Shown: positions 46,001 through 56,058 of the stretch, piece after piece
How the letters are laid out: every line of letters begins with the position of its first letter
Position numbering within the stretch: the first letter of the stretch is position 1
Sequence record: OP889247.1
Reading direction: 5' to 3' (one strand)
Length of the DNA stretch: 64,000 bases
Program-made: the position numbers and the translations under genes
The notes under the pieces: generated by a model
What the model was told of the DNA's origin: nothing
What the model saw: only the letters and a program-made list of their open reading frames with translations
The model's database searches: none

Positions 46001-49000
46001 CCACCGATCTTACCTCTCATCCCTCCTCTACCAGTGCCACCCAATGCGTCACCTAAACCACTTCCTGCTGTTTTAGCCATAGTAGCTTTAGTTAGAGCGG
46101 TGAAACCCCACTTCATTAATTTGAAGATGGGAGAAGCGACTCCTAACACACCTGAGAACAACATCGTACCAATAGAAGCTAAACGTTTTCCAGAGTTAGC
46201 CAGAGAACCCATGATTAAACCACCTAAGGTTCCAATAGGGTTCTTAATAAGACGCATAGCAAAATCACCCATACCTCCCATTAAGCTAAAGAGTTTACCG
46301 AAGATACCTTGCTTTTCGGTTTTCTCTCCCTCTTTAGGTTCTTTCATTCCTTCAGCAATATCGATGATGGAATCCTGAACCTTCTCTTGCTTCTCTGCTT
46401 TAGCTTGTCTGATCTTATCTTCTAAAGAGTTCAGTCTTAGCCCTTTAGCGATAGGTGAACCAATTGGATCACTTTCTCCGTCAAAGTTATCAGGAATATC
46501 AATACCAAACTTCTGGGAGAGTATGGCATAAATACGATCTAAACGACGTTCTACACCACGGTTACTACTTTGTCCTGATTTACCTATCCCAGAACCTTCT
46601 GTATCGCCTTGTGGACGATTGTAACCGAACTTCCCTAGGATGTTATCTAAACCTGATCTAGCGAGTCCTGCTGCTGTTCCAGCTAATCCTGAAGCAGCAC
46701 TACCCACCGCTCTTACTTTTTGACCAGTTGCAGTAATAAGACCTTGATCAAATTCTGCTTGGGAGATAACTTCGTTACCTTCACTGTCGTAGACAGGGCC
46801 ATTAATCTCATTCCATCCCCAAATAGGCTTAATAGACCCAGTACTGTCCTCAATGGAGTACTCACCTTCTTTGAACTTAATAGCTCTCAGTCTAGGTGTC
46901 TTCTCACCTTTTACAAATACGTCTTGTTGGTAAATGAGGTTCTTACCCATTTCCATAACCGACTTAATGCGTGTTAAGGGATCAATGAAGTTATAAGCTC
47001 CCACTGCCGCATCTTTGATCTTGGTAATTCCTGATAGAACTACAGCTCGTCCGTCAGCGCCAAAGATCTTACCACCCAACTCTTTAATGGTAATGGTAAC
47101 TTTATTACCAGCATCAAACAAAGGACCTTTGATATCACGCCAAGTTTTTATCACACGACGTTTTACAGCATCGTAATAATCGCCAGCTTTAAGTTTAGCG
47201 GAAGTTAAGATCTTGTTTCCGTTCTCATCGAGGATGTCTTCATCATCAGACGGTTCGTCACCTACACCTTCTGCATAATCCGTTTTACCCCAATGTTGAA
47301 CTAAAGCTCCTAGCGCAATACCACCCGCACCAGCTGCCGCTGCAAGAATAGGATTTTGGATAAAGTGTGAACTTACACCACCTAAAATAGAACCAAGGAT
47401 CAATGGTTGATTTTGCATAACCATTTCAAACCCTTTTCCGAGAATATTAGTCGGAAGGATTTTCTTGAGTCTATTTACTACATCAAAGTTGTAACGATCG
47501 GCTTGACGTTCTTCAGTTTGCGACTTAGCTTGCTTACTAAAGAGTTTCCCATCTTTTACAATACTGAGTAATTCAGTAAAGAGAAGATCCATATTAGATG
47601 TTGAAGTAGCTATCTTATCGATGTTTGAAACAACTTCACCGGTATGAGTGTCAAAATAAGCCTGAGGTCCACTGGAACGTTCTGTATCAACTTTGGAAGT
47701 ATTATCAATCAATCTACCAAGCTGTGCTGACAAATCGCTTATAGAACTGTTTAGTTCGTTAAACGTATTGTTAGTTGACGAAGATCCAGTTGGTGACTTA
47801 GGTACTATAAACCCGCCTTTGCCATCACTTACTGGTTTCTTAGATGTATTATCAAACATCCCCTTTAGCTGCGGGTTATTTGGGTTCTCCATGAACTGTC
47901 CCAGTCTTTCATGGAAAATGTTCATGTTAACTTTCTCTACCCCAGCTTCAGTGTAGATAACACCAAGATCTCTAAGGAGTTGTTCATTACCGGTAGAACG
48001 TAGCATATCGATGCGTTCTGCTACATTGGGGAAAAGATCCTTCATGTTAGCAGCAGTAGCGGAAGCTACGTTAAGACGCTCGTTACCCTCATTACTACGC
48101 ATGTCAGTCATGCGTTTGAGTTTATCAAAACCCTTAGCGGACTTAAACTCAGAAACATCTTGATCATTAAGACCAAAGTGACGTTTCATTACAGCGTGAA
48201 TTTCTTTTTGATGAGAACCAGATACGTTAGGGATATCACCAAGATAATAGAATGGGTTAAACCCTTTCTCTTGATCAACATCTTTAGCGATCTGCTGTGC
48301 AAGAGCTTTCCTAGCACCAGGACTAAGAGTACGTTCTGGATCTAATCCATCGACCATTTCCAAAGCAGCTTGAGCATAACGACTAAAGTCACCGTAAGGC
48401 ATTAAATCGGCTTTAACAGAAATGCGTTTTTCTGAATCAGTTTGGAACTGACCACGCATATAGTTATAACTAACAGCTTCTGCATCATTACTTCCAGTTC
48501 TGATATTTTCAAGAATCTGGTTGGTTCTAGATATGAGTCCAGGGATAACTTCATTAAGGGTAATGTTATTGGTCTCTTTCCAGATACCTGGGTTATTGAG
48601 ATCTTTCACATTGCGCTTATTGAGCGTATATTGAGTCCCACGAGATTTAGTAATCTCAGACATGAAACTGTTAACAGAGGCTTTAGCTTTGTTGCTGGCC
48701 GTGTTCTTAGCAACCCAAATAGCCTTTGGAATCGGCTTCTTACCTGGAGGAAGTTGATCTAAGTAATCTTGATAATCAAGATACTGCATCTCATCCATAG
48801 CTTCGTAATCTTCAGCAAGGTAGTTAATTAACCCAACACCAGAAGTAGAAGCGTAAGAAGCTTTATTACCAAAGTTAGTCAGTTTACCAAACATCTCTTG
48901 GAACTGTTTAGCTTCTTTGGGATTTTTAGCTGCTAACTTATTAATCCAATCTTTACCTTTACCACGTTCAAAGAAGTAAGGAATATTAGAAACAAACATA

Positions 49001-50046
49001 CCACCGAGTTGTTTGCCAATTAGATCACCAATCATCCCTTTGGACATCGGCATTCCATCTGACATATCCAACATGTCGGCAATTTGTTCTAAAGCAAAGT
49101 TACCACCCTGATAACCTTCCTGTCTAGCTGATTTACCAAACTTGTCTTTAATTAAACCAGTCAGACCACCTACTCGTTTACCTACTGTGTTAAAAAGCTT
49201 ATTTCTCATAAACTCTTTAGAAGCAGTAAAGTTAGAAGTCTTTTGGTAATCACTCATCATACTGGCTTTTTGAATCTTCTTCAATTCAGCAATTTCAGTA
49301 TGAATTCCTTTCTCCATGAACTTATAGTACTTAACGTTAGAAACGTAAGTCTTAGCTAATAAAGAAAGTTTAGCCTGATCCATTCGAAGTTGGACGTTGC
49401 GTTGGTAGTTAACCAAATCACGCATTCCAGATTCGATATTAACAAGCTGTCTATTACCAGATGAGATACTCGCAGTGATCATTCCGCCAACATGAGCGGA
49501 CATGGTATTGAGTGTTTCACCTAATGCCGAGAACATCCCTTCTTGAGCTTCTAGGGAACGATCTAAAGCAGCAGTGACGTCATACTCACTTGTCTCTTCA
49601 ATAGACAAACCACCGGTTTCATAACTACCTAATTTCTCCCAACTAGAAAAGTCTTTCTGAGAGAAATTCTCGAGTTCATTTGTAATTGAACTGGGCATTC
49701 TTTCGCCCATTTTCTTTGACAGATGACCCGCAATGCTTTGTAACGATTTAACAGAAGAAGCATTTTCTTCCTTAAATTCTGTTTTTAATTCGTCAAATCT
49801 ACGGCCAGCCCAGCTGACCCGATCTAACGCTGTGGAGAATGATTTAGGGAGAATAGTTCGAAGTGAACGCATTCTTGCTTCGCCACTTCCAACTGTTTCA
49901 TCGACAATCCCAGAAAGGAATCCAGAGGCCATACCTCCGACAAACCCTTTCTTTGCATATGGATCCATATCGAAATCCATATCAAAGTCGATATCTCCAC
50001 CAAAAGGATCATCATCCCAGTCTAGATCATAAGTATCACTTGCCAT
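43003..50046 (-). CDS. tail tape-measure protein with C-terminal GH19 lysozyme domain (phiKZ gp181-like)
   Basis: ~2350 aa; KETG, YRGRGLFQLTGKANY, GINGG, ERRQYY GH19 motifs; start set to ATG 50046 after GAGGGA SD. Confidence 0.85.
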   Translation of the reverse strand: MASDTYDLDWDDDPFGGDIDFDMDFDMDPYAKKGFVGGMASGFLSGIVDETVGSGEARMRSLRTILPKSFSTALDRVSWAGRRFDELKTEFKEENASSVKSLQSIAGHLSKKMGERMPSSITNELENFSQKDFSSWEKLGSYETGGLSIEETSEYDVTAALDRSLEAQEGMFSALGETLNTMSAHVGGMITASISSGNRQLVNIESGMRDLVNYQRNVQLRMDQAKLSLLAKTYVSNVKYYKFMEKGIHTEIAELKKIQKASMMSDYQKTSNFTASKEFMRNKLFNTVGKRVGGLTGLIKDKFGKSARQEGYQGGNFALEQIADMLDMSDGMPMSKGMIGDLIGKQLGGMFVSNIPYFFERGKGKDWINKLAAKNPKEAKQFQEMFGKLTNFGNKASYASTSGVGLINYLAEDYEAMDEMQYLDYQDYLDQLPPGKKPIPKAIWVAKNTASNKAKASVNSFMSEITKSRGTQYTLNKRNVKDLNNPGIWKETNNITLNEVIPGLISRTNQILENIRTGSNDAEAVSYNYMRGQFQTDSEKRISVKADLMPYGDFSRYAQAALEMVDGLDPERTLSPGARKALAQQIAKDVDQEKGFNPFYYLGDIPNVSGSHQKEIHAVMKRHFGLNDQDVSEFKSAKGFDKLKRMTDMRSNEGNERLNVASATAANMKDLFPNVAERIDMLRSTGNEQLLRDLGVIYTEAGVEKVNMNIFHERLGQFMENPNNPQLKGMFDNTSKKPVSDGKGGFIVPKSPTGSSSTNNTFNELNSSISDLSAQLGRLIDNTSKVDTERSSGPQAYFDTHTGEVVSNIDKIATSTSNMDLLFTELLSIVKDGKLFSKQAKSQTEERQADRYNFDVVNRLKKILPTNILGKGFEMVMQNQPLILGSILGGVSSHFIQNPILAAAAGAGGIALGALVQHWGKTDYAEGVGDEPSDDEDILDENGNKILTSAKLKAGDYYDAVKRRVIKTWRDIKGPLFDAGNKVTITIKELGGKIFGADGRAVVLSGITKIKDAAVGAYNFIDPLTRIKSVMEMGKNLIYQQDVFVKGEKTPRLRAIKFKEGEYSIEDSTGSIKPIWGWNEINGPVYDSEGNEVISQAEFDQGLITATGQKVRAVGSAASGLAGTAAGLARSGLDNILGKFGYNRPQGDTEGSGIGKSGQSSNRGVERRLDRIYAILSQKFGIDIPDNFDGESDPIGSPIAKGLRLNSLEDKIRQAKAEKQEKVQDSIIDIAEGMKEPKEGEKTEKQGIFGKLFSLMGGMGDFAMRLIKNPIGTLGGLIMGSLANSGKRLASIGTMLFSGVLGVASPIFKLMKWGFTALTKATMAKTAGSGLGDALGGTGRGGMRGKIGGVLSKLGGRGKMLAALLGTGAVVGGGMYAADAFGSEAEPTDGDVYEDGKDDNGPKLTTMEKVVDTASDFFLPTLALKTAKEFLLPKAATDFIENKGVFWAPDGTFFTDRREAQAYIDGTGGVSAKEIPDSLQRRIRYAQYGIKSIDGNLAKRVSKLEQALIPHLAIANNRASFSQSAPVAQILQQFAKGGDSVPFDQVHTWFNARFKPVFLLYAVAVSIGRHGDINEFDRKESYEVTLLCERVRTSMGTLDPFPYEVQVQIDPREGILNRVMTENLVSSLLSELRKKYPTPEEEFKLETDVERRNRVLNEKTPDGLAGWFSNSYGDRANKLAQEEVDRKFQTPQAVREIDISDLHKDANTAIDAFTMVRLGVYGNIDNMPWRVDAVLRLERYCEDLINTLGTEAVFSGNPTRVFNLFKAQFRIETTNGETNWHLWFQNRFLPVLQQYVKEMKRLRNQLPKQGWRSLSDTNKAKLARFLSETRVIYQQEEVSVWDVKVSPFENSNSGSWPDRVEKYLKSLDAKATKARLKEPELEDERSLTYDEKLSGSKVNYSQVQANTNALFDKVYGKNRNVSAGNVGIYGGGTGNSFTADGRNNNGLGYGTNYNLQGGNVNLGWSDTFNPEFQKLAGDDKGIKMDPAQGEQLLLNHLLKAGVTDKKMLALALAMAKKETGNYSATVENTNWSAPTLKKYFRNIPDMATAEKVAALSPAERAMYVYGRAPKGPTLGNTKPEDGWLYRGRGLFQLTGKANYEKFKQETGIDVVSNPRIVSEDPNVMAESAVRFLLNSKAMRSIAQTGDFETAMRGINGGNPVPGSDERRQYYQEYLDRLNRGDISVPDTGEQGAVQISNEQAQLPSVPDSNVPPDHIDGNKAVNPDAKKDINSLMNAADTSKVSNKPVSPTSTPTASPASKPKAPTPPPSIAAPQQPANTATNTPAVNPSSVMKTPTKEVPVELKLPDGPLAVNDEANTAAMARLITSVDTLNEGINRLAKQQSGVRMN

Positions 50047-50071
50047 ACATTCCCTCACTTAGGAAATAGCG

Positions 50072-51691
50072 ATGAGTAGACAACCTACTAACTTTACGCT
50101 GCTTGATCCTAAAACGTTTCCAATAGAACTCATGTCACCCGTGACAGTAGCTGATTCGTTTGAAGGTCAAACCACTAACTTGCACGAAGACGGACTCTAC
50201 TCGACCAGGATCTTTGGTCGAGTAGGTACTGATGAACGAGATAAAACTGAATCTTACATTAATACCTTATTACCTATTTTTAATCCCACGTATTTTAAAG
50301 CATTAGTGCAGTTAAAATCACTTTACTTAGATATAGTAAAGGGTAAGACATATGCTGTATGGGATGAGACAGAACGTGATTTCATAAAATCTAACGTCCT
50401 GGAAGGTGATACAGGATTTGCGTTTTTTATGACTCATTTTGGTGAATTAGATCCAAAACCAAATCAGTCTTTTAAACGAACTCAGAAGATCACGCTGGTT
50501 AATAGTTTCCGTGATCGAGCTTTGAATAAACACATTCCAGTTATTCCAGCGGGGATCCGAGACATTGAAATAGGTCCTACTGGATTAGTTACTGAAAACG
50601 AGATAAACGATCTTTATCGTAAATTGATTTTCCGAACTAAGTCACTAACTACGAAAAACCCTGATCCACTTGATCCAGTTTATGACAACATTCACTGGGG
50701 GATGCAGGAGTCTTTGAATAACATTGACCAACATCTCTTTGAGTTACAGGAAGGTAAACGAGGATTCATGCAACGTCGAATGAGTCGACGTTCTATCCAC
50801 TCCGCAACCCGTAACGTAATCGTCTCTCGTAAAGTCTCTGTAGAGAATATGGACGATAATACTACTGGTGATCCTAACTCTACTTTTATTGGGATGTACC
50901 AAGCACTACTTGGTTATAACCTAGTTGCGACCCATGAACTTCTTAACGGTTTCTTATCTGAAGTATTTACTCCTGGTTTGGATAAAGCACGTTTAGTAGA
51001 ACCTAAGAGTTTAGAGAGCGCTTACGTAGATGTGGATCCTTACACAGTAGATAAGTTTACTTCCGCTGATGGGATTGGTAAACTCTTTAATGGTTTTAGT
51101 GATCCTAACGTTCGTAACCGTCCTATTAAGGTAGCAGGTCATTACTTAGGTCTACTTTATGATGATGGTAAAAACGTTTGTTTAGTTCACGATGTAAATG
51201 ATCTAGGTGAAGGAATGGATAAGAAGTTTCTTCATCCTGTTACCTATATGCAATTCTTTTATATCCAGACAGTAAAAGCGATTGAAAAGAAGATGTTACA
51301 AATTACTCGTTACCCAATTACTGGGATAGGTTCGATTGTACCTACACGAGTGTTTGTTCTTCCAACTACAGCCACATCAGAATCAAGAACATTGATTGAC
51401 ATTGATGGTAGTAAGTTGGATAGTTTTCACTTCTTTCCAGTGTGGACTAAAAATCCCAGTTTCTTTGATGGGATGAGTATTAGTAACGTACGTTTAGCAG
51501 CTGCTGGTGGAGATTTTGATGGAGATCAGCTCTCTGCAAACTCAATACAGGCTAAAGATTCAGTAGAAGAAATTGAAACTTTGTTTGGTAAACGTATATT
51601 CTATATTTCTGGAGCAGGTGACTTTCTATACGACCCTGTACAGGAACCACACGCATTCCTTTTACGTTCATTGACCAATGGATTATCGTAA
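50072..51691 (+). CDS. rpoC: virion RNA polymerase beta'-like subunit with catalytic DxDGD (phiKZ gp180-like)
   Basis: GLYSTRIFG, PVIPAGIRD, RYP, AAAGGDFDGDQ. Confidence 0.88.
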   Translation: MSRQPTNFTLLDPKTFPIELMSPVTVADSFEGQTTNLHEDGLYSTRIFGRVGTDERDKTESYINTLLPIFNPTYFKALVQLKSLYLDIVKGKTYAVWDETERDFIKSNVLEGDTGFAFFMTHFGELDPKPNQSFKRTQKITLVNSFRDRALNKHIPVIPAGIRDIEIGPTGLVTENEINDLYRKLIFRTKSLTTKNPDPLDPVYDNIHWGMQESLNNIDQHLFELQEGKRGFMQRRMSRRSIHSATRNVIVSRKVSVENMDDNTTGDPNSTFIGMYQALLGYNLVATHELLNGFLSEVFTPGLDKARLVEPKSLESAYVDVDPYTVDKFTSADGIGKLFNGFSDPNVRNRPIKVAGHYLGLLYDDGKNVCLVHDVNDLGEGMDKKFLHPVTYMQFFYIQTVKAIEKKMLQITRYPITGIGSIVPTRVFVLPTTATSESRTLIDIDGSKLDSFHFFPVWTKNPSFFDGMSISNVRLAAAGGDFDGDQLSANSIQAKDSVEEIETLFGKRIFYISGAGDFLYDPVQEPHAFLLRSLTNGLS

Positions 51692-54600
51692 TGCAAGAAC
51701 ATCCGGTAAACTTTGACGAACTTAGCGGACTAGAGGGATTGTTATACTCTCAGTTCGTTAAACTACACGGTACGCGAGAACGCGCTAATGATGTAGTGAA
51801 TCCACGATATCAAGTCGTCGGTGATATCATGTTACCTCGTAATAGTCTCATTCATTACCAGGGGAACATTCCTGGTGAATTGGGACCTAGTAACACCGCT
51901 GCTTTCATTAGTAACTACGACAAACGTATTAACATCTTTTTTAATGTTAATTACGAAACTCCTCTGGGAACAACCAAGATTGTTCCTATTCAGTTGACTA
52001 AGTTGATCAAGCAATATGAAGGTGGACATTACCTTTATACTCGCGCTCGTCAATACCAAACTGTAATTCACAAAGAAGGTGAGCTACTAGTTAACAACTT
52101 AGCTATTGGTAAGATTCCTGTTCAGTATCGCAGACAAACTGTATTCACTCCATTCCAACGTTCTTACAATGAACTCTATACATTAATGGAATCTGTGAAT
52201 GAGTTTAGTCAATATGATATTCATCAGTTTGTAGAGTTTAAACTTCCTCGCTCGTTCCCCTCTTATAAAACGTTAGAGCTTAAATTTGAAAAGTATAAAC
52301 GTTTCTTTAATAATGAAGGTGTTATTGAGAAATACGAGAAGGAAGCTTTAAAAGAGTTCCAAGCTGAGGAATCTTTCTGGCTATTAGATCTATTCGGTAT
52401 TCTGATTGGTTTTGATAATAAACAATACAGTTTGTTTAATCGATTGAATGATCGAGCTAGAAGTCAACTAGAATTGATCTTTAGTTATAACGGAGTGTGT
52501 TGGATCGCTAATCTTCAAACACTGATCAATTTGATTGGGTATGATGATAAACCAGAAGACACTTCTCCCCGTCCTATTAAGTTTAACTACTTCAAGCGTT
52601 TCTACCTTGCTTTGATTTCTCTGGTGAGTCCGCTTTCTGAAGAAGTTGTGGAAGAGAGTTATGAGCAACCAGAAGAAACCACCAAAGAAGAGGTGGTGGC
52701 AGATCGATCGGAAAAAGGAGGGAGAGGATCTGGACGAGAGTCTGAAGAAAAGTCCCCTATGGTACCTAATACTACTCCTGGTGGCTTGGCTGATCTTTAT
52801 GCCAGCAGTAAGGGAACTACTCCTGCGGTGTCTGATACCTCAGGAACAAAAGGAGAGAAAACTCCTGAAGGAACACTTCCTGGGAGTTCCGAATCCGAGA
52901 ACAACCCAGTTCCTACTGAAACCACTGAGAAATCCCCGGAAGAAGAATGGGGTGCTGATATAGACGATAGTGTCTTTGAACGTGCCAGCATCGAACAAGC
53001 CACTATTGTTAACTCTGAAGAAGCTTATTCGCCAGTTAGTACAATCAATCGTATTCTGGAACGTAAAGCAGCCAGAGGTCAGTTAACAACAAAAGAGAAA
53101 GAGTATTACACTAACGCAAGTGTTTCTTATTTAGACATTGAGTTTGGTGGTCATTTACTTTCAGAGATTGTTGATATCAAACCTGAAGACTTGGTGATGA
53201 AACCTAAAACGTTCGCACCTAAGTCAGAAGCTGTTACAGATGAGTCTGTATTGCGTTCTAGAAGCATGGAACTCACTAAGGGATATGTAGAACAGTTCCT
53301 TGAACGAGATATCATGGGTGCGGTTCTTGCTGTTCAGAACGGTGGTACTGCTTTACTGGATCTGAATCGTGAAACCATTATCACCGCTGATTCCAAGTAC
53401 GATGTTTATAAGATGAAACTCCAACCTGTGGATAATGGGAATCAGTCTACCAGACAGTTCCGTTTACCTAAGGTAGCTTCTGACGGTAGCTTTACTATTA
53501 ACGGGGTTAAGTCTTACGCTCAGTTAGTACGTATGGATCTTCCGGTTAGAAAGATCAATCCAGTTAAGGTTGCCATTAGTTCTTATTACGATAAGAAACT
53601 GATGATTGAACGTTCTGCTTATAAAGTAAACGATTACAATCATTGGCTTAAGACTAATATCATCCAGAAGAGTTATGAAGACAAATCCATTACAGTTAAA
53701 TTAGGTTCATTCAAATCTGAACTTAAAGAGGTGTGTTGGTATTACTCAGTACTAGCTTCTCGCTTTAAAGAGATTACTGTTGGTGGTTTGGAATTTAACT
53801 TTGATACTGAATCCATCTTGGTAAAACACCCTAAATGGAAGAAGTATTGTAAAGGTGATAGTTGGGTCATTGGTGATGAACACGGAGTTCCTGTACTAAT
53901 CGATAACACTGGTTTGGTAATGATCGACGGTGTAGAGAAAGGTTACATTGAAGAGATCCTTCGCTTACCTATGGCTAAAGCTCCAGTCCCCACTGCCACT
54001 GCGAACATTAATGGATATAAGTTCCCTGTAGTGGTGGTACTCGCTTACTGGATTGGTTTTAGTGAACTAGTGAAACGTCTCAAACCTACCCATCGTGTTG
54101 TTGAGCCAGGTACTCGTCCTATGCTTAATGCTAACGAGTATATTGTTCAGTTTGCTGATGAGCGTTTGATTCTTGATCGTCGAGATGGATTGAGTACTCT
54201 GATCTTCTCAGGACTGAGAAAGCTAAATGGCTTAGCCAACTTCTCCAAAGCTCAATTGGATGATCCTAACGTATGGTTCAGTTTGATTAATGATAGTCGT
54301 GTTAAACCATCTCACTTTAAAGAGATGGATTTGATTTACGATATGTTCATTGATCCTATCACTGCTCGTGAATTGGAACGTCGTGGTTATCCTCTCATTA
54401 TGGATAAACTGATTATCCGTGCCGTAGAGATGCTTCTTAATAACGAAGCAGAACACGAAGTGGAAATTGCTGAACAGCGTTTGGTTGGTTTCGAGAGATT
54501 CCCTGGTCACGTTTATCGTGAACTAGTTAAGTCTACCAGACAGTTTAGGAACAAGCCCAATACTGGTAAGAAGACCTTTGACCTAAACCCGGAAGCTATC

Positions 54601-56058
54601 ATGATGAATATCCTGACTGATAGTAGTATGCAACCAGTTGAGGAAGTCAATCCAGCTCACCAGATCAAGCAACAGGAAGAAGTCACCTTTGGAGGAACCT
54701 TTGGTCGAAGTGATCAAGCGATGGTGCGACGTACTCGTGGTCAATTACCAAGTTATGCAGGGATTATCTCTGAAGCCGGTAAGGACTCAGGTAAAGTAGG
54801 ATTTATCTCTTATCTAACTTCTGATGCCAAGATTGTTGACTACGCTGGTAACGTGGATGTAACCCAAGAAACCACCAATGCTGGCCGTGGTTCTGTAACG
54901 GCTAACCTACTTTATGGTACAACACGGGATGATAGCAAACGCACTATGTTCTCAGGCGTTCAGCTAAGTCAGTGGATGGCTACTGATAGTTATGTTGCTA
55001 ACCCCATTAGAACTCCTTCTGATAGTGTAGTAGCTTATCGCAACTCGGAACTTTATTGTTCTTACGCTAAAGAAATGGGGATAATTACAGCTATCACTGC
55101 TGACGGTATGACTGTCAAGTACGATAACGGTAGTGAAGAGAAATTCCCACTTGGCTATGAAGTAGGTAAAGGCGCTGGTGAGTATCACAAACATCTTAAA
55201 ATCACCGATATGAAAGTTGGTGATAAAGTTGATAAAGGTGATGTACTTGCTTGGGATGATTGTTTCTACACTCGGGATTTAACTAATCCAAAACGGATCG
55301 TTATTAAGCTTGGGACAATGGCACGTATTGCATTGGTAGAAGATCAATTCACATTTGAAGACTCCATTGGCATTACCCAGAAGTATGCGGATTTGAATAC
55401 CACCCCTTACTTGAAAAACAATGCGTTTAAGATCGGTTATGAACAAGCTATTAAACTCTATGTTAAGGTAGGTGACAAGGTTGAGTACGATCAAGTACTA
55501 GCTGATGTGATGGATCCTTCTTCTGCTATGTTCGAAGAGGAAGGTACTAACTCTATTGCTGGTTTAGATCGTCTTGGTATTAAACAGATCAAAGCTAAGC
55601 AAGCTGGAGTAATTACCAAGATCGACGTTATTTATAATGGCGATCTTGATACAGCTGAAGAGTCTTTGAAAGCGTTTATTCAAGAGCAGGATAAGCTACG
55701 TGCCAAGAAAGCTAAGTTCCGGGAACTTGCTGCTGATAATGGTAACGTGGGTGGTAACACTTCAGTAGGTAAATCTAAGGTTTATCCTAACACTGCTTCT
55801 GTTACCATTACCATTGAGAGTAAACTCACTACCACCACTGCTGATAAGTTTGTAGCAGGTAATCAGATGAAAGGTACAGTAGGTTTCATTTACCCAGATC
55901 CTATTTATACTGTCGATGGTCGGGAAGTTGATGTTAAGTTCTCTTTGAAGTCTTTGCTTAACCGAATGGTTTTGAGTCTTCGTGATAAACTGGTAGCTAA
56001 TGAATTAAACCATGTTTACACTAGTCGCATGATGAAGAAATATGGGAGATATGAATAA
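51691..56058 (+). CDS. rpoB: virion RNA polymerase beta-like subunit (phiKZ gp178-like)
   Basis: 1455 aa; G.GEYH, FEDSIGI, ADKFVAGNQMKGT (cf. GDKxxxRHGNKG); TAATG coupling to beta' gene. Confidence 0.85.
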   Translation: MQEHPVNFDELSGLEGLLYSQFVKLHGTRERANDVVNPRYQVVGDIMLPRNSLIHYQGNIPGELGPSNTAAFISNYDKRINIFFNVNYETPLGTTKIVPIQLTKLIKQYEGGHYLYTRARQYQTVIHKEGELLVNNLAIGKIPVQYRRQTVFTPFQRSYNELYTLMESVNEFSQYDIHQFVEFKLPRSFPSYKTLELKFEKYKRFFNNEGVIEKYEKEALKEFQAEESFWLLDLFGILIGFDNKQYSLFNRLNDRARSQLELIFSYNGVCWIANLQTLINLIGYDDKPEDTSPRPIKFNYFKRFYLALISLVSPLSEEVVEESYEQPEETTKEEVVADRSEKGGRGSGRESEEKSPMVPNTTPGGLADLYASSKGTTPAVSDTSGTKGEKTPEGTLPGSSESENNPVPTETTEKSPEEEWGADIDDSVFERASIEQATIVNSEEAYSPVSTINRILERKAARGQLTTKEKEYYTNASVSYLDIEFGGHLLSEIVDIKPEDLVMKPKTFAPKSEAVTDESVLRSRSMELTKGYVEQFLERDIMGAVLAVQNGGTALLDLNRETIITADSKYDVYKMKLQPVDNGNQSTRQFRLPKVASDGSFTINGVKSYAQLVRMDLPVRKINPVKVAISSYYDKKLMIERSAYKVNDYNHWLKTNIIQKSYEDKSITVKLGSFKSELKEVCWYYSVLASRFKEITVGGLEFNFDTESILVKHPKWKKYCKGDSWVIGDEHGVPVLIDNTGLVMIDGVEKGYIEEILRLPMAKAPVPTATANINGYKFPVVVVLAYWIGFSELVKRLKPTHRVVEPGTRPMLNANEYIVQFADERLILDRRDGLSTLIFSGLRKLNGLANFSKAQLDDPNVWFSLINDSRVKPSHFKEMDLIYDMFIDPITARELERRGYPLIMDKLIIRAVEMLLNNEAEHEVEIAEQRLVGFERFPGHVYRELVKSTRQFRNKPNTGKKTFDLNPEAIMMNILTDSSMQPVEEVNPAHQIKQQEEVTFGGTFGRSDQAMVRRTRGQLPSYAGIISEAGKDSGKVGFISYLTSDAKIVDYAGNVDVTQETTNAGRGSVTANLLYGTTRDDSKRTMFSGVQLSQWMATDSYVANPIRTPSDSVVAYRNSELYCSYAKEMGIITAITADGMTVKYDNGSEEKFPLGYEVGKGAGEYHKHLKITDMKVGDKVDKGDVLAWDDCFYTRDLTNPKRIVIKLGTMARIALVEDQFTFEDSIGITQKYADLNTTPYLKNNAFKIGYEQAIKLYVKVGDKVEYDQVLADVMDPSSAMFEEEGTNSIAGLDRLGIKQIKAKQAGVITKIDVIYNGDLDTAEESLKAFIQEQDKLRAKKAKFRELAADNGNVGGNTSVGKSKVYPNTASVTITIESKLTTTTADKFVAGNQMKGTVGFIYPDPIYTVDGREVDVKFSLKSLLNRMVLSLRDKLVANELNHVYTSRMMKKYGRYE

